A stretch of DNA of 63,471 bases, filler included, from Chiloscyllium plagiosum (Eukaryota), in NCBI RefSeq assembly GCF_004010195.1. It is 3 parts of one record of this genome, joined end to end, with 100 filler letters (N's around TTAATTAATTAA, not from the genome) between each part and the next. Parts side by side here need not be neighbours in the genome. Positions count along the whole stretch, not along the records: positions 25,451 to 53,433 come from NC_057716.1; positions 53,534 to 63,471 come from NC_057716.1; 1 more part is not named here. The stretch is one strand, 5' to 3'. The notes under the pieces were generated by a model that searched no databases, was not told where the DNA came from, and saw only the letters and a program-made list of their open reading frames with translations. The position numbers and the translations under genes were made by a program. This document shows, piece after piece, positions 50,263-62,616 of the stretch. The stretch's first letter is position 1. The number at the start of each line of letters is the position of its first letter.

Positions 50263-52351
50263 GTTATGCCTCACACTTGGTCGCAATGTTGTGACTCTTT
50301 TTCCCAACAATATAGCAAATCAGAATTCCACTTCCTGGGATAAGGATGCAAATACCAACACCACATGATGCAGTGGGTTAACTCTTGTCACCTTTTCACC
50401 CATGAGCTGGATTTCAAATAGCATAACAAAATAGAGGGGCCACCTCTGAAACTTCAGGAAAAACAAACTACTGGTCCTCTGAATGAAGTTCCACAAGGGT
50501 GGGGACATGCACAGCATTTCAGGTTTCCATGTTCGCTCAGCCTGCAGGAGTAGCTAATTTGGAAAACTCCAAATACTGGTGCACAAGACGTTTGGGGCTG
50601 AGATACATTGCTCATGCAGAACTTTGAGAGCAGATGCAGTATCAAGTCTTATACTCCAAGGTCAGGTACATAGAAGATGCTGAGACTTGTTAATAAAAAT
50701 GGAAAGTATTTAATTCCCTGTGCTAATGTCCTGATATGCACTTTCTTTCAAGATTTATATATAAAAAAAAACTTCGAAGATTTGCAAAGATGCATGAATC
50801 AAGGTAGTGGGTGTGGCAATAATGACACTGGCCTGATAATACAGAACCCCAGCTAATGTTCTCCAATGGATTCTGATTCCACCATGGTGTATGTCTCAAA
50901 CCTGTTTACTGATTGTAAACTCCTGTCTGGTTCACAAATATCTTTTGGGAAGGAAATCTGCCAACCTAACTCTGGCCCACATGATTGCAGACCCACAGCA
51001 ATGTTAATTCTTAACCACTGTCTGAAATGGCTCAGCAAGCCATTCGGTTGTTAATTACTACTTTAAAGAAAGAAATGAAATTAGATGATAACCGAGTGAT
51101 GACTTAGGTGCCAGAAACAGAATGGCAAACCCTACTCTATTGACTCTACAAAGTCCTCTGTACTGATTATCTGGAGAATTTTATCCCAAAGATGGGAGTG
51201 CTGGACCACAGACGAATCAAATGATAGCGCGATGATATTATCTGGAAAAGCTGTACTTCCCGGACTTTTTTTTCCCTACTTTGAATCCATTTCAAGGCTT
51301 GAAAGCTGTTGTGAACTCTCAGTGAGAATTAAAAGTTGGACTGAGGGGCTGTGGGAACAAGTGCCTGTTGGAGTGTGAGCACTGTGACAACTGATTAGTT
51401 CCAGTGTGGCCATTACTTCACAGCTTGTGACCCACTTGCAGTCCTGACCCCAATCTGAAGTCGTGTTGTAGTATGATTCTGTGGGTATGATGTCCCTGTA
51501 ACCACTATCACCATCCTTGGATATGTATTGTCTTATTGGCAGGACAGATTCACCAGAGGTATGGTGGTTACAATCAGTAATCACTCTTGTTGTTTTTCTG
51601 TCTGTCTCAGACAAATATTTGAAGGAGAAAATGGTTACTCAGTAATGGGGAAGGGGGCTAACTTAATCTAACATTTAACACTAATATCTAACATGGTTAC
51701 CCTAATTCTAACAGAGGGTTGCAGGGATGATAGATGGAATGGTGCCTTTTGTTTATGTTATTGATTCTGACTGTAATCCAAACTAATATTAAGGTATTTA
51801 GTTCTGGGGTAACCTTATGGGATATTCCTACAGGATTTGAGACTCCGACCTTCAGGACAAGGTTGGAAAGGCCAGTATTTGTACTCATCGCTGTTTGCTC
51901 TTAAACTAAATAGGCCAGACCAGATTGAATGGCAGATTTCCCTCTTCCCAAAACATTAGTGAATCAGATTGTTAGAATACTTGATAGATTCAAGTTGACC
52001 CTTACTGATACTAGTTTTTTAATTCCAGATATTTTAATTGAATTTGAGCTCCGCCAGCTGTCATGATGGGATTTGAATCCCTGTCTTCAGTGCATTAGTT
52101 TTTAATGGTCTTTCGATTACAATTATCACTCTGCCACCATCAAACCCACACTGTTGCCAGTTGTGCCCTTAGCTAGTGGGGTCCCTGATACCTGCAACCT
52201 CCCTTATCTCTAACTAAATCGAGTGCTTTGAAATTTTTAGCATGCACCTTAGTATGTGGTTCCGTTCGCCTTTGTGCCCCTCTGAAGTGTCTTGGAGTGC
52301 TTCACTACCTCCGTTAAACAAATTTTGTTAATGGGAATTGGTGTTTCACAG

Positions 52352-52440
52352 GAATCGTTCCATCGTCTGTGGTCCTGACTGGGTTCCAGGTGATGTCGAG
52401 GGTATTTTTAACATGGGCAGTAACACACAGCGTCAAACAG
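52352..52440 (+). CDS. HACD2: HACD2 coding exon 4 (89 nt)
   Basis: Acceptor tttcacag, donor CAG|gtaaga. Encodes (G)[29 protein letters not shown], matching HACD2. I did not find later exons in the window. Confidence 0.96.
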
Positions 52441-52996
52441 GTAAGATGGGAAATGTGCAACCGATCATTTTCAGTGCATATTTGAAAGTCCCATTTTTCT
52501 GCTTTTTAAATATTTTAGCAAATTTCCTTTTTGGTTTTTCTATTGAAACAAAAATAGAAATAGTGATCAGTAATAGAAAACTTTCTGCACTGTCACCTTC
52601 TCTGATATTAAACTCTGTTGCAGCACCTTCATTACTTTTGCAATTAACGAATCAGGTTCTGAGTTTTCTGAAGCACATACCCCAATCTAACATAGGATAG
52701 TGCATTATCCAGGCTTGTCTCAGAACAGTAGGAATTGTGTGGAAAGGAGGCACCTCTTGGTAGATTGAAGTGTCACTGTGCAGTTTTCAAGGTAAAGGAA
52801 TAAGATAACTGTTGGCGTGTGAATGGTTCTACCCCCTCGGCTGTATTTAAAAGACCCCTTGGCACGCTTTCAACAAAGATCAAGTGTCTCTTCCAGAATT
52901 GCACAGAATCAACCCCACAACCAACACTGAAACACATATTTGCTGCCTGAGGTCTTGATGTTTGTGCAAATAATAATTATTTGTTTCAATCCTGCA

Positions 52997-53329
52997 AAAA
53001 ACAAAGACTCAGTTGGCTATAAATCAGTTGCTATATTGTGAGGTTGTAAGTGCCATATTGCTCATCTAGACTGCTTTGGCCTGTGAGCTCTACCACAAGG
53101 CACAAAGCAGCAAATGTCTCTCTCCCATTACCCTGCAACCACCTTCTTTTCCCCCCCCCCAAAAACAAAGACTCAGTTGGCTATAAATCAGTTGCTATAT
53201 TGTGAGGTTGTAAGTGCCATATTGCTCATCTAGACTGCTTTGGCCTGTGAGCTCTACCACAAGGCACAAAGCAGCAAATGTCTCTCTCCCATTACCCTGC
53301 AACCACCTTCTTTCCCCCCCCCCCCCCCC
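52997..53329. repeat. Tandem duplication, 164-bp period
   Basis: AAAAACAAAGACTCAGTTGG...ACCTTCTTT(C)n occurs at 52997 and 53161, and the copies are essentially identical. Confidence 0.9.
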
Positions 53330-53433
53330 AAACCAGCCAATTGCCGTGATTATGATCATTTATGTTATATTTAATGCAAGTTTTCTTTTGTCTCTAATTG
53401 CCTGCCTCTACAGTTATATAGCTGAAAATGTGT

Positions 53434-53533
53434 NNNNNNNNNNNNNNNNNNNNNNNNNNNNNNNNNNNNNNNNNNNNTTAATTAATTAANNNNNNNNNNN
53501 NNNNNNNNNNNNNNNNNNNNNNNNNNNNNNNNN
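53434..53533. other. Artificial contig linker (44N-TTAATTAATTAA-44N)
   Basis: Same structure as 25351-25450. Confidence 0.95.
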
Positions 53534-53904
53534 TCCCTGGATGCTGCCTGACCTGCTGTGCTGTTCCAGCAATAAAGTTTCAACTTTGATCTCCAGCATC
53601 TGCAGATCTCACTTTCTCCTCGAAGATTTCAACCTACTGCGAATCCTCTTACAAGGATGCCTTCCTTGCAGAAGCTCTCTGCCTCTCTCTACAAAGATTT
53701 CAGTGAGTCCCTCTCTCACTGCACACCCCAGGTCATCTCCATTTCCAACGCCCCTCCTCCAAGTCCCTCCTCCCTACCTTTTATCTTCTCCTGCTGAACA
53801 CTCTCTGCTCATTCCTGAAGAAGGGCCTGTGCCCGAAACGTCGAATCTCCTGTTCCCTGGATGCTGCCTGACCTGCTGTGCTGTTCCAGCAATAAAGTTT
53901 CAAC
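53534..53904 (+). mobile_element. Internally deleted Penelope-like element with direct terminal repeat (320-bp period)
   Basis: 53534-53584 is repeated at 53854-53904. It contains a short ORF start (MPSLQKLSASLYKDFSESLSHCTPQVIS) fused to a pyrimidine-rich tract and the hammerhead at 53811. Confidence 0.65.
53811..53846 (+). ncRNA. Minimal type I hammerhead ribozyme motif (family A)
   Basis: ATTC-CTGAAGA-A-GGGC(CTGT)GCCC-GAAA-CG-TC^GAAT: intact core, 4-bp stem I (ATTC/GAAT), 4-bp stem II, palindromic ACGT helix III and a GUC cleavage triplet. Confidence 0.75.
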
Positions 53905-54430
53905 CTTACTAACTAGTCTACCACGTGGAACCTTGTTGAACACTTTGCTAAAGTCTATACAGACAACATCAACTGCTCTGCCAAGCTTCTTTGTCACCTC
54001 TTCAAAAAACTCAAATCAAGTTAGGGAGACAAAATTTTCCACACAAAGCCATGTTGACTATCCCTAATCAGTCTTTGCCTTTGCAAATGCATGTTAATCC
54101 TGTCCCTCAGAATCCCCTCCAACAATTACCCACCACTGATGTAAGACTCAACGGTCCATAGTTCACTGGCTTTTCCTTACAGCCTTCATTAAATAAAGGC
54201 ACCAAGTTCGCCAACCTCCAGTCTTCCAGCACCTCACCTATGGTTGTTCTCGATACAGATAGTTCAGCAAGGGACGTGGCAATCTCTTCCCTAGCTTCCC
54301 ATAAAGCTTTGGGAAGCACCTGATCAGGTCATGGGGATTTATCACCTTGATTCATTTTAAGACCTCCTCTTTTGTAAAATGAACTCTTTCAAGACATCAC
54401 CATTTATTTCTCCAAGTTCCCTAGCTTCTG
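53905..54430 (-). mobile_element. CR1 LINE RT fragment
   Basis: AVDVVCIDFSKVFNKVP and WRLANLVPLFNEGCKEKPVNY. Confidence 0.88.
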
Positions 54431-57299
54431 TGTCTGAATGCTCACATCTGGTGTTGTGATATTGCCCTTCTCCAGGGTAACAATGGCATTTGTGAAACTG
54501 CTCAGTCTGGAGACTCGGGCAGGACACTCCTCCAGGTTAATGTTGGTGAAAAGTACAAGCCTAAAATCCTCTTTAACTTTGCAATCCACTTGCAGCAGCT
54601 CAAGTTGTCTGCATGCTAACTTGGTGCAGGCAGAGGCTGACAGACATAACTCAAAAATCACTGAGTAGGTGAGGGGAAAAAAGCCTGAGGTGAGGTGGTT
54701 GAGCTGGGAAGCTGAATGGTGGCTTCTATCTGCACATTGTTCACACTTTGTTTTTCTGGCACTGGCAACTACTCCAAAAGGGGATAAGGGTCAGTGTATG
54801 TTTGTGAATGTGTCTGTGGTGGACTGGTATAAGGGGTGTGGGGAGGAGGGGCTGCCAAATGAGTGGGATTTGAGAATACAACTTCCTGAATGAATGAGTG
54901 GGGGGATGGTTGGGGAGAGGGACTGCCATTTGGGAAGACAGGCTGTTGTGAGTGTGACAGTGGGTTGGGAAGAGGGGCTAATGAGGGAGAGAGAGAGTTG
55001 GAGGGGTTTGGGAATTGTGATGCTGAGAAAGAGTCTGTGGAAGCAGCACATTTCAGAAGTGTGTCTCTGTGTATGTGTGTGGGTGAATACCATGTGAGAT
55101 TATGCGGAAGCAGGGTTGCCTGTTGGAAAGGGCCTTCATTGTCTCCTGTCATCAGGCAATATGGCAGAAACTGACAGAAGTACGTAAATAATTACATTGT
55201 TACAAGTGCTTTAAAATGTTCTTATATTTGATTGAGAATTTTCAGTAATGATATACTGAATGTTCCTGGGCTGCTTTATTTCTGCTTTGCGCTTGCTCCT
55301 GTCTGGAGTTATACTAATTTTCACGTGTTACAATAATGTCAATGGAAGATAAGTTGGTTATGTTACTAATTTAGAAATCCAGGGGCTGGAATTAATGACT
55401 TGGGAACAAGTTCACGTCCAACTGCAGCAAATGGGGGAATGTAAATTCATTTATTTAATTTTTAAATTTATTCTTTCTGGGATGTGGGCGTCACTGGCTG
55501 GCCAGCATTTATTGCCTGTCCCTGGTTGACCTTTGAGAAGGTGGTGCTGAGCTGCCTCCTTGAACTGCTGCAGTCCTTGTGCTGTAGGGGCACCCACACA
55601 TGCTGAGAGTTCCATGGTTTTAGTATGTAGAATTAAATGTTAATAATGGTTACAATGATAACATGAGCAAAATCCTATCCAATTCACTAATGCCTTTTGG
55701 GAGGGGAGATCTATCATCTTTAACCTGTCTGACATGTGTATGTGACTCCAGATCCATGGCAATGTGGCTGGCTCTTTAACTGTCATCTAAAATCTGTGTA
55801 ATTACACCAAATACCGAAATAGCTACAAGCTCCTCTACGCTTGCAATCAGAGCCAGTAGTGTCATCTGGCCATACTAGGCTTCAGGATACGTTTGCGCAT
55901 GAGTTGCTGATGCAGAAGTGGTCAGCACCAATACTTCTGCAGACTGCTTCACCCTTATTTCATGTTAATCTGTTTTCAAAAGTGATAGCCAAAGCCCGTG
56001 CTGCCTCAAACACATCCCCTCGTGCTCTTTTCTAGCTCCTGGTGCTGATACCAATCTGGGGCAGGGCACAGTCGAGCTCTGGTTAGTCTCTCAAGCTGTC
56101 GGTTTTGTTCTCTTCTGACATTTTGTTTTCCCTTTTTGCTGAATATATGAATTATTTAACTCACCGCAGAGCCTCAGTGAATGCCATCTATTCTGTTTAA
56201 ACTTTGTAATAGTTAATTCCTGAAAACATCAGAAAGATTAATCTCCAATTCACTTCACAAATAGTTTAGCAAAACAATCTTAGGGGCCAAAAAAAATTGT
56301 CAGTTTCCTATTTAATTTGGAAAACTAATTACAGTCATTATAAAGCTCTCTGTCACTTCCAAGTGACGTTGGCGTGCTCATAAAATTTCAGATCTCCAGT
56401 ATTTATTGACTCATTAATTCCCTTGGCTCAGTTTAAAATCTTGATTTTTCTTTAAGGGAACGCCAGCGTTTGTTGATCAACCCTAATTGACCCCTCGTGA
56501 CTTACTAGGCTATTTCAGAGGGCTGCAAATGATTTAAATGCCTGTTCTAAGTGTCACAAAGAGCACATGTGTCTGAAGAGCTAGGTTATGTGCCATTCTG
56601 CAGCAAAGACCTCTGAAGGACATTTTTTTTATTCCCAGATATCGCCCACATTTTCTACCAATGAAGTTGCACTTTGGAAGAGTTGCTGTTTTATAAATAA
56701 GAGAGAAAAAAGACAAAACCACAGATGCTGAAAATATCATATACAACAGGGAATACTGGAAATACTCAATCAGTCTGTGCAGAGAGAAACAACTCATTTC
56801 AGGCTGATGACCTTCCAACAGAATTTTTAAAAGTTAGGATCGTTTGTGTAGATTTTTGTGTCTGCACCACACCCATTACCACTCTCTCTGCTTTTTGCAT
56901 CATGAAATCTTTTGTCATTTTTCTCCTCTGGCCTCCACCCTATAACAGACTCCTTTGTCATTCTTGCCCCTTCCCCTTTTCTGGCACAAGACTTTTCTAG
57001 TTTCATATTCCTGCAGTTTTGCTGAAAGATCATCGACCTGAAACATTAACTCTTATTTCTCACTCCGTGGATACTACCTAACCTGCTTGGTGTAGCCAGC
57101 ACTCCTTGCTTTTACAACGGAAGGGAGGGTCTGTGTTAGGGTGGAAAGGCAGGAGAGTTTAAATTGAAGTTGAGGTGCCGAACATTTTACACCAGCATCT
57201 TTGGTATTCAGGAGCTTTGCTTTATTTTTCAGCATAAAGCTCATGCAGATTTGGAGAGGAAGAAGCTGTGACCAATTCTCTCACCCGCCCACATATACA

Positions 57300-59787
57300 G
57301 CCATAGAACGTAGTGCAGTAGAGCACAGGAACAAGCCCTGTGGCTGACTGTGCTGACCATGATATCATTTTAAACTAATCCTATCTGCTTGCATGTAGCA
57401 TGTATCCCTTTATTCCTTGCATGTTCGTGTGGCTGTCTAAATGCTTATCAAACTTTGCTATGATCTCTGCTTCTACTACCTCTCCTAGCAGTATGTTTCA
57501 GGCACCTACGCCCTCTGTGTTTAAAAAAAAAAATGCCTCACACAACCCATTTTTCTCTCTTCCCTTTAACTTTTGTCCCTCAGTATTTGATATTTCCAAC
57601 CTGGGAAAAAGACTCTAACTATCCACCCTATCAATGCCTCTCATAGTCTTATTAACTTTGATGAGGTCGACCCTTCACCTCCAATGGTCTATTGAAAACC
57701 AATCCAGGCTACATCCTGGTAAACCTCTTTATCACCTTTTCCAAAGCTTCTACATCCTTCCTATAGAGCGGCAACCAGAACTGCACACACTACTTCAAAT
57801 GTGGCCTACCTAAAGTGTTATATAACTGCATTGTGACTCACAAACTTTTATTGGAGGCTCTGACAGACTCAAAAACGGACAAATCCCCTGACCCGGATAA
57901 ATTTCACCCCAGGCTGCTGTAGGAGGTGACACAAGAAATTGCAGGCGCTCTGACACAAATTTTTAATTCCTCTCTGGTGGCAGGGAAGGTTTCAGAGGTT
58001 TGGAGAACAACTGATGTGGTTTTACTTTTCAAGTTAGGTGGTAGAGATAAAATTACAGACCAGTGAGTCTCCTGTCTGTGTTAGGGAAGCTATTTGAGAA
58101 AAATCTGCAGGAGAGAATTAATGTCTACTTGGAAAAGCATGAGGTAATTAACGATAGTCAGCATGGCTTTGTCAGAGGAGGTCATGCCGAACAAACTTGT
58201 TAGAATTTTTTGAAAATGTGATCAAACGTGTGGATGAGGGAAGTTCAGTTGATGTAGTTTATGTGGACTTTAGCAAAGCTTTCGATAAGCTACCTCTTGG
58301 GAGACATTGAGAAGAATTTGGGGAACCTTGATGAGATGGATCAGAAATTGGCTTAGAAGTACAACACGTGTAGTGGTAAAAGGCTGTTCAAGTGTCCGGA
58401 GACTGGTGTCCAGCGGTGTACCACAGGGATCAGTACTGGGACCCTTATTGTTTGTTATATAATGAATGGCAGAACACAGGAACTGAAGGATCTTGGGGTA
58501 ATTATCCATTAATCCTGGAAGTTTGCAGAACATGTGAATAGGATAGTTAAGAAGGCACGTGGGACAGTTGCATCAGTTGTGGCATAGAGTATAATAGCAA
58601 GGAGATAGAGTCATAGAGGTGTACAGCACAGAAACAGACCCTTCGGTCCAACTCGTCCATGCCTACAGAATATCCTAACCTAATCTAGTCCCATTTACCA
58701 GCACTTGGTCCATATCCCTCTAAACCCTTCCTATCATGTTGAAGTTGTACAGAGTGTTGGTTAGGCCACAGCTGGAGTACTGTGCACAGTTTTGGTCACT
58801 TTGCTATAGGAAGGATGTGATAGCACTATAGGGGGTACAGAGGTTGTTCACCAGGATGTTGCCTGGGATGGAGCAATTGAGCTATACGGAGAGATTAGGT
58901 AGGCTTGGATTGTTTTCTTTCGAGCAGAGAAGCCTAAGGAGGGGACGTGATTGAGATGTATAAAATTGAAGGGAATGGATCGGGTGGGTAGGAAGCGATT
59001 GTTCCCCTTGGCTGAGGAATCATTCACAAGAAGGCGTAACTTTAGGGTAAGAAGCAGGAGATTCAGAGGGATTTGATTTAAAAAATGTTTTCACTGAAAG
59101 GGCTGTGGGAATCTGATAGTGGAGATTGCCCCTAAGGGTCCTGCCATTTACTGTATATTTTCGTCTTGCATTTGACTCCAAAAATGTATCACCTCACACT
59201 TGTCTGGAATATTTCCACCTATCATGGACTTTTTGACTGATCTGTATTCTGGTGTATCCTTTGACTACCTTCCTCGCTATCCACAACTCCATCAATTTGT
59301 GTCACCTGAAATCTTACTAATCAGACCACCAATGTTTCCATCCAAACCACTACAAATGTCAAAGGTCCCAGCACTGATCCTCGTGGAACACCGCTGGTCA
59401 CAGACCTCCAGTCAGCAAAATACCCCTCTCAACTATCCTCTGTCTTCTATGATCAAGCCAATTTTGTATCCAAATAACCAACTCACCATGGATCCCATGT
59501 GACTTAACCTTGTGGACCAGCTTACCATGAGGACCCTTGTCAAATGCTTTAGTAAAGTCCATGTAGACACCAGCCATTGTCCTACTCTCATCAATCATCC
59601 TCGTCACATCCTCAAAAGAACTCAATCTAATTTATGAGATAAGACCAGCTCCGGACAAAGCAATGCTGACTATCGCTTAGAAGTTCATTTCTTTTCCACC
59701 AGTGTGAGTATACCGTATCCCTAAGAATCTTCTAATTTCCCTGCTACTAGTGTTAGACTCATTGGCCTATAATTTTCTGGATTACCA
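57300..59787. mobile_element. Cluster of CR1 fragments (minus about 57300-57850, plus about 57855-59115, minus about 59120-59787)
   Basis: YMDFTKAFDK..WIQNWL on the minus strand, plus RT and 3'-end sequence similar to the other CR1 copies. Confidence 0.85.
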
Positions 59788-59967
59788 TGATGTGGAGGTG
59801 CCGGTGTTGGACTGAAGTAGACATGGCCAGAAGTCACATAACACCAGGTTATAGTCCAACAGGTTTATTTGAAATCACAAGCTTTTGGAGCGATGCCCCT
59901 GACGAAGGGGCAGTGCTCCGAAAGCTTGTGATTTCAAATAAACCTGTTGTCATCTGACTTCTGACTG
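59788..59967. mobile_element. Penelope-derived hairpin mini-element (family B) with hammerhead core and 15-bp TSD
   Basis: TSD TTTTCTGGATTA(C/T)CA at 59773-59787 and 59968-59982. Inverted arms span 59857-59949 and contain CTGACGA-A-GGGGC(AGT)GCTCC-GAAA-GCTT. Confidence 0.8.
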
Positions 59968-62616
59968 TTTTCTGGATTATCAGTCAGGGACAGAAATTGG
60001 CTATCAGTTGCTAACAACACAGCATTTCTGGTGTGGTAAGAGAACTCTGGGCAATTAATCTGGAAGCTTGTCACTTGTTGATGACTAACGTTTGCTTTGC
60101 CCGCTGCTGTGCCTTATGTTGACAGTTAAGTAAAGCTTTGGCATGTCAAAATGCTCTGTTAGTGTACTGGGGTGTAACACAGTACTCCGTTAGCCAATCC
60201 AGTCAATCTTTCAATGGTAATCACAATCTGTTTCCACAGTGAATCTAATAAATTGTATTGATTTTGTGCAGATTCCAGGAAGGATTGATGAGTGAACTGT
60301 GTTTGAACGATTATTACATTTGTTTTTTTTTTCTCACTGCAGGTTGCTTGCATGATGGGACTTGTGTATCTTACCAGTGTCGCAGGAATTATTGCTGGAA
60401 CTGCAGTCCTGCGCCAGGCAGTCTTTTCAAAGGGTCAGATATGTGTGATTTCCCAGAACCAAGAGCCTGTTTTGAGTCAGGGGGTTATCCTGGACCCAGT
60501 GGAATGCACCCAGGAGGCCGAGACCTTTCTGTCAACACCATTTGAAGCAGCAGCCGGTAATCTGGTCCAGTCTCGAGACCCTCCTTCCGGTCTTCCCTGC
60601 TGTATCTTAGAAGCTGATGGTAGCAGGGTGAACTCTGGCATTGGGGTAACCGCACTGTGTCTTTGGGGGACCGTCCTGACTTCACTCACTTACAGTAATG
60701 ACGTGAGGGCCACCCGAGAGGGAGCTCGAATCACGGCGCCCATTTCTTGTTCGAATTGTTGTAAGCTGCACAGTGAGGCCGGGCTGGCCGTTAAATGCCG
60801 GTCATCAAACCAAACATCTGTCCAGATTGCCTTTCGTCACAGCCCATTGGAAGCATATGCCTCCATCCATTCACACACCCTGCCTCATGTCGGATGCAAT
60901 GGTTGTACAAAAGACACTGAGTTAAACGGAAAGCCCCCTCACAGCATTGAGCGACTGATGGACCTCCTGTGTCTCCCTGGTTCCCTAAGGATGAGTCAAT
61001 GCCCTGTGGAATCAGCATTGGCATTTAACCAGCTTGTGATGCCAGTCTTACCCAGTTAGGAGCATCGGTCAGATTTTTGGAATCGATAATTACGGCTATA
61101 TCGGACTGAACTGTTTTCTCTTCTTTGCCCACACCCGAATCCGACTTATGATCTTTTGAATGATCTTTAAATCCAGCCATGAAATTAGCAAGACAGACAT
61201 TAAAATCGCAATATAACCTTAGTCAACCACAAAATCTGTTCTCCAGAATTGGCAGCTATACCTAACCTAAACACCAGTGAGTAACACCATAAATCCACCA
61301 AATGCTGCCAAGTTTATGCTTGGTATGAAGCTGGTCATTTTGTCTCCAAGACAAAAATTATAGACATGGTGTGTAATATGAGCAATAAATTTGATTTATA
61401 AGAAGACACCATTGGTGTCGATCCATGTATCAAATCAAGGTGCTTTGCATACAATGAATTACCTTAAAGTGCAGCAGTCCCTCACGTAGGAGAACACAGC
61501 AGCAGCTTTGTGCGTAGCAGATTCCTCCAAAGGAAAATGCAAAGAATGTTATGTTTTGATGCTCTTGGGTGAGGGATGTTGACTTGGGCAAGAGAAAAGC
61601 AAAGCGGTGGGATTTTCTTTCACATCCAGGCTAACAAACTGGAGTGAGCAGACAGTAGCTCTCTTTGACATTTCAGCTGAAGGACAGTATCTCTGGCAAA
61701 GCAGCACTCCTGCACATCCGCAGTGTGTGCTGCCATGTATTAAATGGAGCCTGAATCAGAATGTTTTCACTGCAAATGAAGGAAGATGTGATGCAAATGC
61801 TGTTGGATCATTGTACTTTGTTTACTTTTGTTTCATGGGCCCTGCTGCGTCTCGGATTTGGAGATTGTAAATCTCTATATTTTTTATTCTGGTGATTGAA
61901 GGGCTTCATTAATGAAAAGGTTTAATGGAAGTGGCTAAGAAATGGGCATGGGATACAAGAAAAAGTCTATATTTCTGAAATCTTAGCCATATGTTGATCT
62001 CTGTTGAGAGACGTGAAAAAAGGAGACACCACTTTTAACGTTGGGAACTTAAATCTGTATCTTTCCTAAAACATCTTTTGTGCTATCCGAGTGTCAGTTG
62101 TATTCACTATATAATACTGTGTATTGTATTCACTACTGGGCTGGTTACTGAATGATTGAAGGATAAGGGAAGCAAAAAGAGAAGTTGCTGGAAAAGCTCA
62201 GCAGGTCTTGGCAGCATCTGTGAAGAGATCAGGGAAGCACTGGAGGTTTAAGTTAAATTTTGTAATTAGCACTTGGTTTAATTCGGTCATCGCTTAACCA
62301 GAACTTAGCTGCACAGATTACCTTTTGATTTCTCCCATCCAGATTTAATTGTGCTCTGCTAAGTGTACAAGATGCCGTCGAAATGTAAACAGTTCCCTCC
62401 TCGTCCCAAATGTGTAATTCAGTATTTTTGGTGCGCCCCGCCCCCATTTCTTTTTTGTAGCCTCTGCATTTGTTCTAATTTAAATCAACAGCAACTTAGA
62501 GAGTAAACTTCATTCCCTCCTCAGTCCCCAAGCCTATTGTCTGGTCTTCCTGGATTACTGTCTCGTTGTTGAGTAAGTAACCAATTCCCTTGAACTGCCT
62601 TGGTCCTGGTTTTTTA

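Noticed and set aside
52997..53329. 164-bp tandem duplication as a functional element
   Set aside because: Near-identical copies ending in poly-C close to a contig end. It may be an assembly artefact and no function is evident.
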